A DNA stretch of 38,831 nucleotides from Bacteroidales bacterium (GCA_027015275.1 JALWCU010000184.1:1-38831), one strand, 5' to 3'. Positions 1-8,838 are shown, counted from the first letter of the stretch. The notes: a model not told the origin generated them from the letters alone. Numbers and translations are program-made.

Positions 1-351
1 GTATTAGAATATAGTGATATTGAGCAAGTTATCAACTTTGTTACAGAGCGGCCCAAGCCATTGGCATTTTATTATTTCACGCGTAGCAGGAGCAAAGCCA
101 GACATGTACTTGCCTACACTACATCGGGAGGTGCTTCAATCAATGATACGCTTATGCACTTTGTCAATCCACGCATACCATTTGGCGGTGTAGGTAATAG
201 TGGTATGGGGCGTTATCATGGCCGTTATAGCTTTGATGCTTTCTCGAACAAACGTTCTGTTTATCACAAGAATCTATGGATAGACTTGCCGGTTCGTTAT
301 CCCCCGGCAAATAAATTTAAAGACAAAATTGTAAAAATGCTTCTGAAATGA
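1..351 (+). CDS. Aldehyde dehydrogenase (ALDH3-like), C-terminal part, truncated by window edge
   Basis: Frame is open from base 1 (VLEYSDIEQVINFVTERPKPLAFYYF...). Contains the motifs SGGASIND and PFGGVGNSGMGRYHGRYSFDAFS. Its stop overlaps the next start (ATGA). Confidence 0.92.
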   Translation, partial: VLEYSDIEQVINFVTERPKPLAFYYFTRSRSKARHVLAYTTSGGASINDTLMHFVNPRIPFGGVGNSGMGRYHGRYSFDAFSNKRSVYHKNLWIDLPVRYPPANKFKDKIVKMLLK

Positions 352-2222
352 AACGATTAACAGTTCTCTTATTCGTAGTAATTCTGGGCTTTGGACTTAG
401 TGCCCAGAGCCTTTACATGCCTTTGGAATTTCAAAGGGCAGTAAGGAATGGAACCCGCACAATGACTGGTGTGCCCGGACCTAAGTATTGGATCAATCAT
501 TCTGATTATAACATTAAGGCAACTTTTGATCCAGTGAAAGCATATCTGACTGGTAGTGAAGAAATTACTTATTATAATAATAGCCCAGACACGCTCAAAC
601 AGCTGGTGTTCAGATTGTATCAAGATTTCTTCAAAAAAGGTGCGGTCAGAGACTTTCAGGTTGATCCGGCCGATGTACACGATGGCACAAAGATAAATTC
701 TTTTTCCGTTGATGGGCAGACCTATAAGGACAAAGAGCTGCGCCATTATAGTGATGTGATGTTTGTTAAGCTCAAAAAACCTATACTGCCACATTCTATT
801 ACAAAGGTTCAGGTTAAGTGGGAAGAACCTATTCCGACGCATCGTCCCATTCGTTATGGAAAATACGGAGACAGGACATTTTTTATTGGTTATTGGTATC
901 CAGAAATTGCTGTATATGATGACGTATTTGGCTGGGATACACGTCCTTTCACGGGATTACAGGAATATTTTAATGATCCACAGAATAATTTCCACGTAGA
1001 AATTACTGTGCCTGCACCCAACGTTGTATGGGCAGCTGGAATTTTGCAAAACCCTGACCATGTTTTTAGCAAAAAAATCCTTTCTCGTGTGCAAAAGGCA
1101 AAGAAGTCAGATGATATAGTGAACATTATTACGCCCAAAGACATAAAAAAACACGACATATTATCCACAAAACAGGGAAATTTGACATGGATATTCGAGG
1201 GTAAACATATCGAAGAATTTGCTTTTGCAACATCAGACCATTACCTGTGGGACGGCTCTGGGCTAAAGATGCCAGATGGACGACGTGTGTTTATAAGTGC
1301 TGCTTACAACCCTGAGAGCAAGGCTTTTGCGCATAAAGCATGGCTGGCACGACAGATTATTGAAAATTATTCTTACAAAACTCTGAAAGTACCGTTCCCA
1401 TATCCCAAGATGACAGTATTTAATGGCGGTGGTGCTATGGAATATCCCATGATGGTCAATGAATATAATTTCACAGACAGCTGCGGAGATGCTTACGTTA
1501 CAGCACATGAGATAGGTCATACATATTTCCCATTTCTCACGGGTGCTAATGAGACGTTCTACGCATGGATGGACGAGGGCATAATAAACTTTATTCCACG
1601 TTTCTTTGCCCAGTCGCTCTATCCCGACAAGTGCAAGAATATATACCGAGACATGATCAAACGTTATGCACCAGTAGCAGGAACAATAAGAGACATACCA
1701 ATAGCTGTTAGCACTGCACTTGTCAGCGACCATACTGCTTATCGTCATATTGCATACAATCGCCCGGCTTTTGCCTTTTATGAGCTTGTCCAGTACGTTG
1801 GTGAAGACCAATTCTTTAAGGCTCTAAATGAATATGCCAAACGCTGGGAGTATAAACATCCTTATCCTTATGATTTCTTTTATACTTTTAATCAGGTACT
1901 GGGACAGGATCTGAGCTGGTTCTGGCGTCCTTATTTCTTTGAGTTCGCTTACCCAGACCTGGGAATTACTAAGTATGACTACAAGGACGGGAATTTGACA
2001 GTTACCATTAAAAACATTGGTGGTCTGCCTTTGCCAGTAAAGCTGACTATCACAGCTGCTGACGGCTCGCAGAAGGTTGTAGAACGTAAGATGGATGTGT
2101 GGAAAGACACTGGGCAAATAAATATTACTGTGCCAATGGCTCAGAAACCAAAGAAGATTGTGCTCGACGACCAGTTGGGTGCTGACAGAAACATGAAAGA
2201 CAATGAGATAAACGTCAAGTAA
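348..2222 (+). CDS. Secreted M1 family zinc metallo-aminopeptidase
   Basis: Sec signal peptide, GAMEY exopeptidase motif, and HEIGH-X18-E zinc-binding motif. Confidence 0.92.
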   Translation: MKRLTVLLFVVILGFGLSAQSLYMPLEFQRAVRNGTRTMTGVPGPKYWINHSDYNIKATFDPVKAYLTGSEEITYYNNSPDTLKQLVFRLYQDFFKKGAVRDFQVDPADVHDGTKINSFSVDGQTYKDKELRHYSDVMFVKLKKPILPHSITKVQVKWEEPIPTHRPIRYGKYGDRTFFIGYWYPEIAVYDDVFGWDTRPFTGLQEYFNDPQNNFHVEITVPAPNVVWAAGILQNPDHVFSKKILSRVQKAKKSDDIVNIITPKDIKKHDILSTKQGNLTWIFEGKHIEEFAFATSDHYLWDGSGLKMPDGRRVFISAAYNPESKAFAHKAWLARQIIENYSYKTLKVPFPYPKMTVFNGGGAMEYPMMVNEYNFTDSCGDAYVTAHEIGHTYFPFLTGANETFYAWMDEGIINFIPRFFAQSLYPDKCKNIYRDMIKRYAPVAGTIRDIPIAVSTALVSDHTAYRHIAYNRPAFAFYELVQYVGEDQFFKALNEYAKRWEYKHPYPYDFFYTFNQVLGQDLSWFWRPYFFEFAYPDLGITKYDYKDGNLTVTIKNIGGLPLPVKLTITAADGSQKVVERKMDVWKDTGQINITVPMAQKPKKIVLDDQLGADRNMKDNEINVK

Positions 2223-2236
2223 ATAATCGCAGGGAA

Positions 2237-2268
2237 GTTGACTTTTTATCAAACAACTTTTAAATTTG
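2237..2268 (+). promoter_or_regulatory. Bacteroidota sigma-A type promoter
   Basis: GTTG-N20-TAAATTTG matches the TTTG-N19-21-TAnnTTTG consensus. Confidence 0.65.
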
Positions 2269-2272
2269 CTAT

Positions 2273-2348
2273 GATAGAGGCTAACAGGGAAAGCCTTAAG
2301 ACTTCCCTGACCAGGGGACACCCGTATGAGGTGTCCCCGCCTTTTTTT
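2273..2348 (+). ncRNA. Candidate small structured RNA: H-type pseudoknot followed by an intrinsic terminator
   Basis: S1 GAGGCT(2277-2282)/AGCCTT(2292-2297); S2 CAGGGAA(2285-2291)/TTCCCTG(2303-2309). The element lies directly downstream of a promoter and upstream of a terminator. The 5' end is approximate. Confidence 0.5.
2314..2348 (+). terminator. Rho-independent terminator
   Basis: GGGGACACC-CGTATGA-GGTGTCCCC forms a perfect 9-bp stem, followed by GCC and T7. Confidence 0.85.
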
Positions 2349-2522
2349 AGTATCTTATTATGCAGCTGTCAGCAAATAGCGACACAAGCCCTGTATGTCC
2401 CCATCTGAGAAATGATTTTCAGGCTAATAGTCTTAAAAGTTGAGAAATATTTGATTGTGATCGAATATTGTGTAGTTTTTGCAGGAAATTTGGATAGAAA
2501 CGAATTTTAGGAAAAAAATAGA

Positions 2523-2648
2523 TTAAAAATCCGCGACTTCTATCCACGCTTCGTGCTTTCTATGGATGACTTAAGCATAAATCGCTCTGGTGTTCAGCAT
2601 AAGCGGGTTTGGGAGTTTGTGGAGGAGGCATTAGACGTATTTAGTTGA
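2523..2648 (+). pseudogene. 3'-terminal remnant of an AAA+/DUF4143-type ATP-binding protein gene
   Basis: Translates as LKIRDFYPRFVLSMDDLSINRSGVQHKRVWEFVEEALDVFS*. This resembles the LKIKDNYPKYVISMD...GIKH...DF C-terminus of that family. An in-frame TAG lies upstream at 2508 and there is no N-terminal part. Confidence 0.6.
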
Positions 2649-2688
2649 TTTCGTGAGATTCAAACAATGAATAATTTTGTTTTACTGC

Positions 2689-3711
2689 TTACCAATAGTT
2701 TATCACTTTTTCAGCAAAGCCGAGCAAGTCTTTTACTTCAATAACCTGTCCATCGTCCAGGATTGCCTTTCCAGAGAAGCGCCCGAAAACCTGGTGCTGG
2801 ATAGACCTGAGAAGAATAAAGTTCATGTTCGAATTTCTGTCAATGATTGGTTCAAAATCCATTTCAAATCTACTGTCATTACTAGTAAATTTCCATGGAT
2901 TTAGGTAATTGTCCCTGGGTATGTGAAACCTGATATGGTCAAGTTTATGAATCTTGCCGTCATAGAACAAGGCATTTTCCGATGCCTGGGAGTTGTCGCC
3001 GAAGCCATAGCCAATGTTGAATCCAAATAATTTACCGCTAATTTTTCCTGATGCTGAGCCCCAATACCAGGTGTTTTTATATGGCCATACGCCACGCCCC
3101 CAATCCAGCACAGCAAAGGAATTTTCAGGGTCAAAGATGATTTCTTTGTCGCCAAGTCTGACACTTCCCTCGGCAGGCATAGAATTGATTTTCTGATTAT
3201 AATAGAAGGCGTGTTTATTTTCTGGGAATGGGATAGTTATGACTATTGATTCGTGGCTGCTTGGCTGTGTTAGTATTATTTTTCCCTTTAAGTCTGCTTT
3301 GTCCTGAAAGTTTTTGTAGCTAAATTCCAGAATTCTTTTTTCCTGTTCTCTTATAAAGCTGAGTTTAACTCTTTTGTTATTAAAAAATATGTTTCCTGAT
3401 TTCGAAGTTGTGGGTAAATTTAGATTGCCCATTGGGAAAGGTATTAACACGGACTTTGTTGTTTCGAGCGGGATGATGAAATCGAGGACCGTGGCAGATA
3501 TAAGTCCCATATATCCAAGGTCAGCGATGGTCAATGCAAGTCCATAGTCATTATTTAGAATGCAGTAATAATCCCATTCTTTGATTCTCAGACGTGATGC
3601 TTTTATATTTTGTCTGTTATAATTGAGAATGGGTCTCTTTGCCCAGCCTATCTGCTTTAGGCTACCATCCTTTGTTAGCAGGTCATCTGGCTTTGCGATG
3701 AAATTTTGCAT
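2689..3711 (-). CDS. DUF2804 family protein
   Basis: 340 aa with GWAKRP...RIKEWDYY, LDWGRGVWPY..TWYW and QHQVFGRFSG motifs typical of DUF2804. Confidence 0.85.
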   Translation of the reverse strand: MQNFIAKPDDLLTKDGSLKQIGWAKRPILNYNRQNIKASRLRIKEWDYYCILNNDYGLALTIADLGYMGLISATVLDFIIPLETTKSVLIPFPMGNLNLPTTSKSGNIFFNNKRVKLSFIREQEKRILEFSYKNFQDKADLKGKIILTQPSSHESIVITIPFPENKHAFYYNQKINSMPAEGSVRLGDKEIIFDPENSFAVLDWGRGVWPYKNTWYWGSASGKISGKLFGFNIGYGFGDNSQASENALFYDGKIHKLDHIRFHIPRDNYLNPWKFTSNDSRFEMDFEPIIDRNSNMNFILLRSIQHQVFGRFSGKAILDDGQVIEVKDLLGFAEKVINYW

Positions 3712-3757
3712 AGTATTTTGGAATTAGAAATAAATAAGACTTGTTTATCTATAAAAA

Positions 3758-4690
3758 TTATTTTCTTATGCTTTTTATGAGTTTCTCGGCTTCATAAATA
3801 GTGTCATATTTTTCTTTTCTTATTTCTTTACTGGATAAATCTATTTTTATCCTTTTTAGAAATTCTTTGAAATCTGGATTCTCATCTGCAAGTTTATTGA
3901 TTGTATCCCAGTCCAACTCGTTTTTATGTCTTGCAGGCAAAATAATTTCAGAAGAATCAGGTTCCTCAATATCTAATTTGATTATTCCTATTCCAAAAGC
4001 TGTGGATAGTCTTTTTAGCTCAGATAATAATTCTTCATCTTGATCCATTTCTGCTGTTACTAAATAGCCTTCATTTGCCCACGAAGAGTTTGAGACTGAT
4101 TGAAAGAAAGATTCTCTGAGATTGTGGAATCCTAAATTCTTTTTTAATTCAAAAGAATATAGAACTACTGAGGGTGAGCCTATCTCTTTCGCAAAATCAA
4201 TAACTTCCGTGGTCCATTCTTCAATTGGAAAATAAACTCCTACCATATCGGGATGCAGCCATTGAGAATATTTAGCTTTTTTATTTGACTTTTCATGGTA
4301 TATTGTTTTGGTGAAAATTTGCATATAAGTGTATGCAAAATATGATAAAAAAGGGTGCAAATCCCTTTCTCTGTATTTTTTTAAGTCTTTTGGTGATTCT
4401 ATTTTTCCTTTTTCTTCTTTTTCTATTTTTCTTAGTTCATCTTCCGAAATAAGATGTTTTAGAAAAAATTTTCTCGGCTTAGAATCAATTTTTAGAAAAG
4501 GCGTATTAGGATTATCTTTTATATCAACATAAATTTGAGCTCCTACTGATAACCATGGCGTTTTCCCTTTAGTTCCGCAGAGTTTATCGTAACCTTTTTC
4601 TACCGCAATTTTCCAAATCTCGTTTACTGTAAGAGGACGTTTTTCTTCTTCTAATACTTTTTGTGCTAATTCCTTAAAAGTAAGTTTCAT
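3758..4690 (-). CDS. HARE-HTH (HB1/ASXL) domain plus PD-(D/E)xK restriction-endonuclease-like protein (COG2958/HrgA-like)
   Basis: N-terminal winged HTH (LTVNEIW...GKTPW.SVGAQIY). C-terminal ERDLH, HPDMVG, SFELK and QSVSNSSWANEGYLV motifs. The gene is visibly AT-rich. Confidence 0.82.
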   Translation of the reverse strand: MKLTFKELAQKVLEEEKRPLTVNEIWKIAVEKGYDKLCGTKGKTPWLSVGAQIYVDIKDNPNTPFLKIDSKPRKFFLKHLISEDELRKIEKEEKGKIESPKDLKKYRERDLHPFLSYFAYTYMQIFTKTIYHEKSNKKAKYSQWLHPDMVGVYFPIEEWTTEVIDFAKEIGSPSVVLYSFELKKNLGFHNLRESFFQSVSNSSWANEGYLVTAEMDQDEELLSELKRLSTAFGIGIIKLDIEEPDSSEIILPARHKNELDWDTINKLADENPDFKEFLKRIKIDLSSKEIRKEKYDTIYEAEKLIKSIRK

Positions 4691-4756
4691 AGTTTATTTT
4701 TGTGATTTTCTGTATAAATTAAAAAAAGAATTACAAATTATCAATCTGAAACCTTC

Positions 4757-5572
4757 TCACACGCTCACACCATAGGTCCGCAAGGCGTCGTTCAGAGATG
4801 TCTTCAGGTCTGTGCTCTTCTTGCGCTGGCCAATAATCAGTGCTACTGGTACATAATACTCTCCGGCAGGGAACTGCTTGGGCCGCATGCCAGGGATGAC
4901 TACGCTACGTGGCGGCACATAGCCCCTGTATTCCTTTGGCTGCTCGCCTGTTACGTCAATTATCCGAGTCGAAGCTGTTATCACTACATTTGCGCCGAGC
5001 ACGGCTTCGCGACCAATGCGAGCACCTTCTACGATGATGCAGCGTGAACCGATAAATGCTCCGTCCTCTATGATTACAGGTGCTGCCTGCACAGGCTCCA
5101 GCACTCCGCCAATGCCCACGCCACCGCTCAGATGTACGCCTTTGCCAATCTGCGCACACGAGCCCACAGTTGCCCAGGTGTCAACCATTGTGCCGCTGTC
5201 CACATAAGCTCCAATGTTTATGTACGAAGGCATCATTATAACGTCTGGCGCTACATACGAGCCATAACGTGCCACAGCATGCGGTACAACGCGCACCTTG
5301 AGCTGGTCATAACCGTGTTTCAGCGGTATTTTATCATGAAATTCCAGTACACCTGCTTCCATTTTCTGCATGGGACGCAGCGGAAAGTATAATATCACGG
5401 CTTTTTTTACCCAATCATTAACCTTCCAACCGTCTTCGCTTGGCTCGGCTACGCGTATTTGTCCTTTGTCCAGCCATTCAATTACTTGTTCTATGGCCTG
5501 ACGAACTTGTTTTTTCTCCAGAAGGGAACGATCTTCCCATGCTTGCTCGATAAGTTGTTTTGTCTGTTCCAT
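4757..5572 (-). CDS. dapD: 2,3,4,5-tetrahydropyridine-2,6-dicarboxylate N-succinyltransferase
   Basis: DKIPLK, VDTWATVGSCAQIG and LSGGVGIGGVLEP motifs with hexapeptide repeats. Start moved to the ATG at 5572 (MEQTKQ), just after the terC stop. Confidence 0.96.
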   Translation of the reverse strand: MEQTKQLIEQAWEDRSLLEKKQVRQAIEQVIEWLDKGQIRVAEPSEDGWKVNDWVKKAVILYFPLRPMQKMEAGVLEFHDKIPLKHGYDQLKVRVVPHAVARYGSYVAPDVIMMPSYINIGAYVDSGTMVDTWATVGSCAQIGKGVHLSGGVGIGGVLEPVQAAPVIIEDGAFIGSRCIIVEGARIGREAVLGANVVITASTRIIDVTGEQPKEYRGYVPPRSVVIPGMRPKQFPAGEYYVPVALIIGQRKKSTDLKTSLNDALRTYGVSV

Positions 5573-5576
5573 AGCT

Positions 5577-6632
5577 TTATTGAGTTTTATTTTCATTTTT
5601 TGGGAAAAGAAGTGAATAACCAATGCTCAGCCCCAATATCACTATGATAAAGAGCAGTGAATGCACATTAGTAAAGCCCCATTGATGAAGCTTACTGGCA
5701 AAGAGAAGCTTCAGACCGATGAAGACAAGCAGTATGCCCACGCCGTATTGCAAGGCGTAGAACTGTTCAACAATTTTTGCCAGAAAGAAATACAAAGCTC
5801 TCAGCCCCAGAATAGCGAAAATATTGGAAAAGAACACGATAAAGGGGTCTAATGTTACGGAAAAAACTGCTGGTATTGAGTCAAAAGCAAAGATTACATC
5901 CGAAAATTCTATAAAAACCAACACAAGAAAAAGTGGTGTTACGTGCCAAAATTTATCTTTTGGACGCACAAAGAAATGTCCGCCTACAAAACGCGGAAAA
6001 ACGTGTGTGTGCCGTGATAGGAATTTTATCACAGGATGATCCTGCGGCTCTACATGATTTTCGCCTTTCTCGAAAAATACCTTTGTCCCTGAATACAAGA
6101 GAAACAAACCGAACAGATACAATATCCAATGAAATTTAAGCACCAGCGCTGCACCAATGAAAATAAACAATGTTCTGAGCACAATAGCCCCAAGTATGCC
6201 CCAGAAAAGCACTCGTTTGTGGTGCCGTGAGTGAACATGAAATGCCGAAAAAATCATTATCATCACAAACAGATTGTCCACAGACAAGGTCTTCTCAAGT
6301 AGATAGCCGGTAATATAATTTATAGCCATCTGGTGGTCAAAGGTTCTTAGACTTGCACGGTAATCGTTGGGATTAACCTGGATAGAATACTCGTATTTAC
6401 GTATAACTTCCTGTAGCTGTGTGATGTTGTGTATTCCGTGAATCAGATGTCCTTGATAATAAATGAACAATCCAAAGCCCAGACCGAGCGTAATCCACAG
6501 CAGCGTCCACAGGAAAGCTCCTTTTATACTGACTTCATGGCTCTCTTTGTCAAAGATAAGCAAATCAACAAGCAGGATAGCAAGGATAATCGTTATAACG
6601 CCAATATAGAAGACAATCTCTGTCCAGTGCAT
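5577..6632 (-). CDS. TerC/Alx family metal homeostasis membrane protein
   Basis: GYLLEKTLSVDNLFV, EFSDVIFAFDSIPA and SNIFAILGLRALYF motifs; multiple TM helices. Confidence 0.93.
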   Translation of the reverse strand: MHWTEIVFYIGVITIILAILLVDLLIFDKESHEVSIKGAFLWTLLWITLGLGFGLFIYYQGHLIHGIHNITQLQEVIRKYEYSIQVNPNDYRASLRTFDHQMAINYITGYLLEKTLSVDNLFVMIMIFSAFHVHSRHHKRVLFWGILGAIVLRTLFIFIGAALVLKFHWILYLFGLFLLYSGTKVFFEKGENHVEPQDHPVIKFLSRHTHVFPRFVGGHFFVRPKDKFWHVTPLFLVLVFIEFSDVIFAFDSIPAVFSVTLDPFIVFFSNIFAILGLRALYFFLAKIVEQFYALQYGVGILLVFIGLKLLFASKLHQWGFTNVHSLLFIIVILGLSIGYSLLFPKNENKTQ

Positions 6633-6655
6633 AATGTCTATTAATGTTCGTTATA

Positions 6656-6663
6656 CAAAGATA
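6656..6663 (-). promoter_or_regulatory. -7 promoter box for terC-dapD
   Basis: TATCTTTG on the minus strand, 23 nt upstream of the terC ATG. Confidence 0.6.
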
Positions 6664-6809
6664 TGGATTTTGCCCGACTTTCAAATTATGCCTAATTGTG
6701 CAGATACGGTTCTGGCGGTCTCAAGGACAAGGCTTTTTTTTGAGCAGGTTATATTTTGTAGCATTGAATAGAATTGTGTAACTTTCTACAAATAAAAATT
6801 TACTATACC

Positions 6810-7310
6810 ATGTCTGACAAAGCTCCTTTTTGGCAAAGAATAGTGGTAAAGGTAGGCTTCTGGGCTCTGGGTAAAGCAGCGGCAAAGGCGAGTGCAATGG
6901 ACCCGGTTATTAAGCAGGAAGTTAGCAACTGGCCTGAGGGCTTTAGGATAACGTTGAGTGTATTGCCTTCAGGACCGTCAGCGTCCTGGCAGAAGCAGGG
7001 CGAGCGCCTACGTTACCTTGGCGCTGGTACATCCGTACAGCCAGACCTAAAGGTAGATATAAAATCTCTCAAAGCTGCTGTACGGATGATACTTGCCCAG
7101 CTGGGCATCGCCCGTGCTTATGCCTATCGCCGTATAGCGATAGAAGGCAATACTGTCGATGCAATGGTACTCACGCGTATATTGGACCGTGTGGAAGCAT
7201 ATCTTTTTCCACGCTTCCTGAGTAAAAATATTCTCAAACAAGTGCCCCGTTTTGGCTTGCGTGAATACTGGTATAATTTGCTGATATATCTTGGACTGCT
7301 GCTGCCTTAG
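6810..7310 (+). CDS. Conserved hypothetical protein, possible SCP2 (sterol carrier)-like fold
   Basis: 166 aa from the ATG at 6810. The PDLKVDIK...AYAYRRIAIEGN..DAM pattern resembles the SCP2 D-x-x-hydrophobic...A..G(R/K)L.I.G-D signature. The fold call is an inference. Confidence 0.6.
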   Translation: MSDKAPFWQRIVVKVGFWALGKAAAKASAMDPVIKQEVSNWPEGFRITLSVLPSGPSASWQKQGERLRYLGAGTSVQPDLKVDIKSLKAAVRMILAQLGIARAYAYRRIAIEGNTVDAMVLTRILDRVEAYLFPRFLSKNILKQVPRFGLREYWYNLLIYLGLLLP

Positions 7311-7364
7311 AAATTTGTCGTTTTTTTGAAGGAAATATTCTAATTCGTAAATTGATGGGACATA

Positions 7365-7409
7365 AGCAAAAAAATAGGCTGCTCAGAGGGCAGCCTATTT
7401 TTTTTTGCT
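7365..7409. terminator. Bidirectional intrinsic terminator
   Basis: AAAAAAATAGGCTGC-TCAGAGG-GCAGCCTATTTTTTTTT between convergent genes. Confidence 0.88.
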
Positions 7410-7435
7410 CTCTGTTGAGCTTTAATCACGCTTTT

Positions 7436-8824
7436 TCAGAAGTCATATTTGACCGATAGAGCCAGCAAGTCCAGGTCTTTTAGAGAAGTAAAAATGTCCT
7501 TTCCCTTGCCACCGAATAGTCCCAAAGATAGCGTTATTTCAGTATTAAGATTGGGCTTGTATATGACCTGTGGCATGTATAGAAGAGTGTAATTATCCTT
7601 AAGCTCCTTGTAATCTGTAACGATGAATGAGCCAGAAATCGGTGCAATTTTTAGCTTGTCATAGAAAAGGCTCTTTTCTATACGAAGCAAATAGTAATCG
7701 TTTAGACCGCCGTTAAAGCGCTCATGAAGGAAGCCGTGAACAAACTGGAAATTAGCATATATCCCGTCTGGGAAGGTGTAATCAGCTCCGAGAACATATT
7801 TTACATAAGGCAGACCTTTTTTCTGCAGGGTGCTGTCAACCGTGTATGTTACGGGCTGTGGTGGAAACTGTGTCATGTCATAAGTGTGTAAAATAGAGGT
7901 GAATTTAATTGCACCTTTTGGGAAAAATGCAGCTGCTTCGCCCCAGACACCGATTCCTGCAATATTTCCTGCAAAGTCAAACCCGAGAATATGATGGCGC
8001 GGGTAATAGAAATCAACGTTTACTGCTGTATTGCCTTGAGCATCTAGTACTTGCATATCAATATTCTTGAACAGCGGCAAATAATCACGTCCATACACAT
8101 AGCTTAACGAAAAGTCAAACCCAGCAACAAATCCTTTGAGCTTAATACCACCAATAAATTGCGAGCTGAGCTTGTTGTCAGGCAATGTTATTGTGGAACT
8201 AAAAGAGCTCATAGTCAGCCCTTGTGGCATGGTTATAAATTGAGCTGGGTCGAACAAGTTAGCATAAATACCTACTGGCATGTTGGCGGGGCGGAAAAAT
8301 GGTTCTGCCACTGCTTCTATGTACCAGTCATTATTCAGATAGTAGTCAAACCGCAAAGCATCTGCACCACGACGTCGTCCAAAGTCCAGGACATCTTCCA
8401 GGTCGAGAGGATTGAGATTATCTGTGGGGTTGATCTTATCAGCAGTGCCCCATGTTATAATCTGGCGTCCGGCAGTGAAGTCGAGATTTTTAACCAGAAA
8501 ATCATTTATTTGTACATAAGCCTGGCGAATTTCCAGATTTATTGGGTCAACAATGCCTTTGTTAAAAAGATCATTTATTTGTCCCACTTGTGGCAGCCCT
8601 ATGTTGCGTATCCAAACTTGTGCATAAAATTTTGCATTGCCAGAGAAATTTTCCTGTAGCTTCAGATCCAGACGGTTTTCGTTCCATGCCCAGGGATTAC
8701 CTTTTTTCAGCAGGACACGTTCGTTGCTCAGAAGCTGCCCACCTATGCTTAGCCCCGTAGAATCTTGGGCATAAAGCGCAATCATACCAAAGATTGCAAA
8801 GAACAGTATTGTTAGGCGTTTCAT
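7436..8824 (-). CDS. Outer-membrane beta-barrel protein, DUF1302-like
   Basis: Signal peptide, IRQAYV...TAGRQIITWGTAD.INPTD.LNP.D motif, C-terminal VKYDF barrel signature, and location after an MMPL/LolA-like pair. Confidence 0.75.
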   Translation of the reverse strand: MKRLTILFFAIFGMIALYAQDSTGLSIGGQLLSNERVLLKKGNPWAWNENRLDLKLQENFSGNAKFYAQVWIRNIGLPQVGQINDLFNKGIVDPINLEIRQAYVQINDFLVKNLDFTAGRQIITWGTADKINPTDNLNPLDLEDVLDFGRRRGADALRFDYYLNNDWYIEAVAEPFFRPANMPVGIYANLFDPAQFITMPQGLTMSSFSSTITLPDNKLSSQFIGGIKLKGFVAGFDFSLSYVYGRDYLPLFKNIDMQVLDAQGNTAVNVDFYYPRHHILGFDFAGNIAGIGVWGEAAAFFPKGAIKFTSILHTYDMTQFPPQPVTYTVDSTLQKKGLPYVKYVLGADYTFPDGIYANFQFVHGFLHERFNGGLNDYYLLRIEKSLFYDKLKIAPISGSFIVTDYKELKDNYTLLYMPQVIYKPNLNTEITLSLGLFGGKGKDIFTSLKDLDLLALSVKYDF

Positions 8825-8838
8825 AGTATTTAAAATTT

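Noticed and set aside
2270-2350. CRISPR repeat, tRNA or tandem type III antitoxin array
   Set aside because: It is a single unit with no repeats, no cloverleaf and no cas or toxin gene. It is kept only as a single-copy candidate RNA.
2363-2400. Possible IS end (TGTC...GACA symmetry)
   Set aside because: No matching second end, target-site duplication or transposase was found.
6633-6809. yybP-ykoY (Mn2+) riboswitch upstream of terC/alx
   Set aside because: The -7 promoter box is only 23 nt from the start codon, leaving no room, and I could not see the aptamer consensus.
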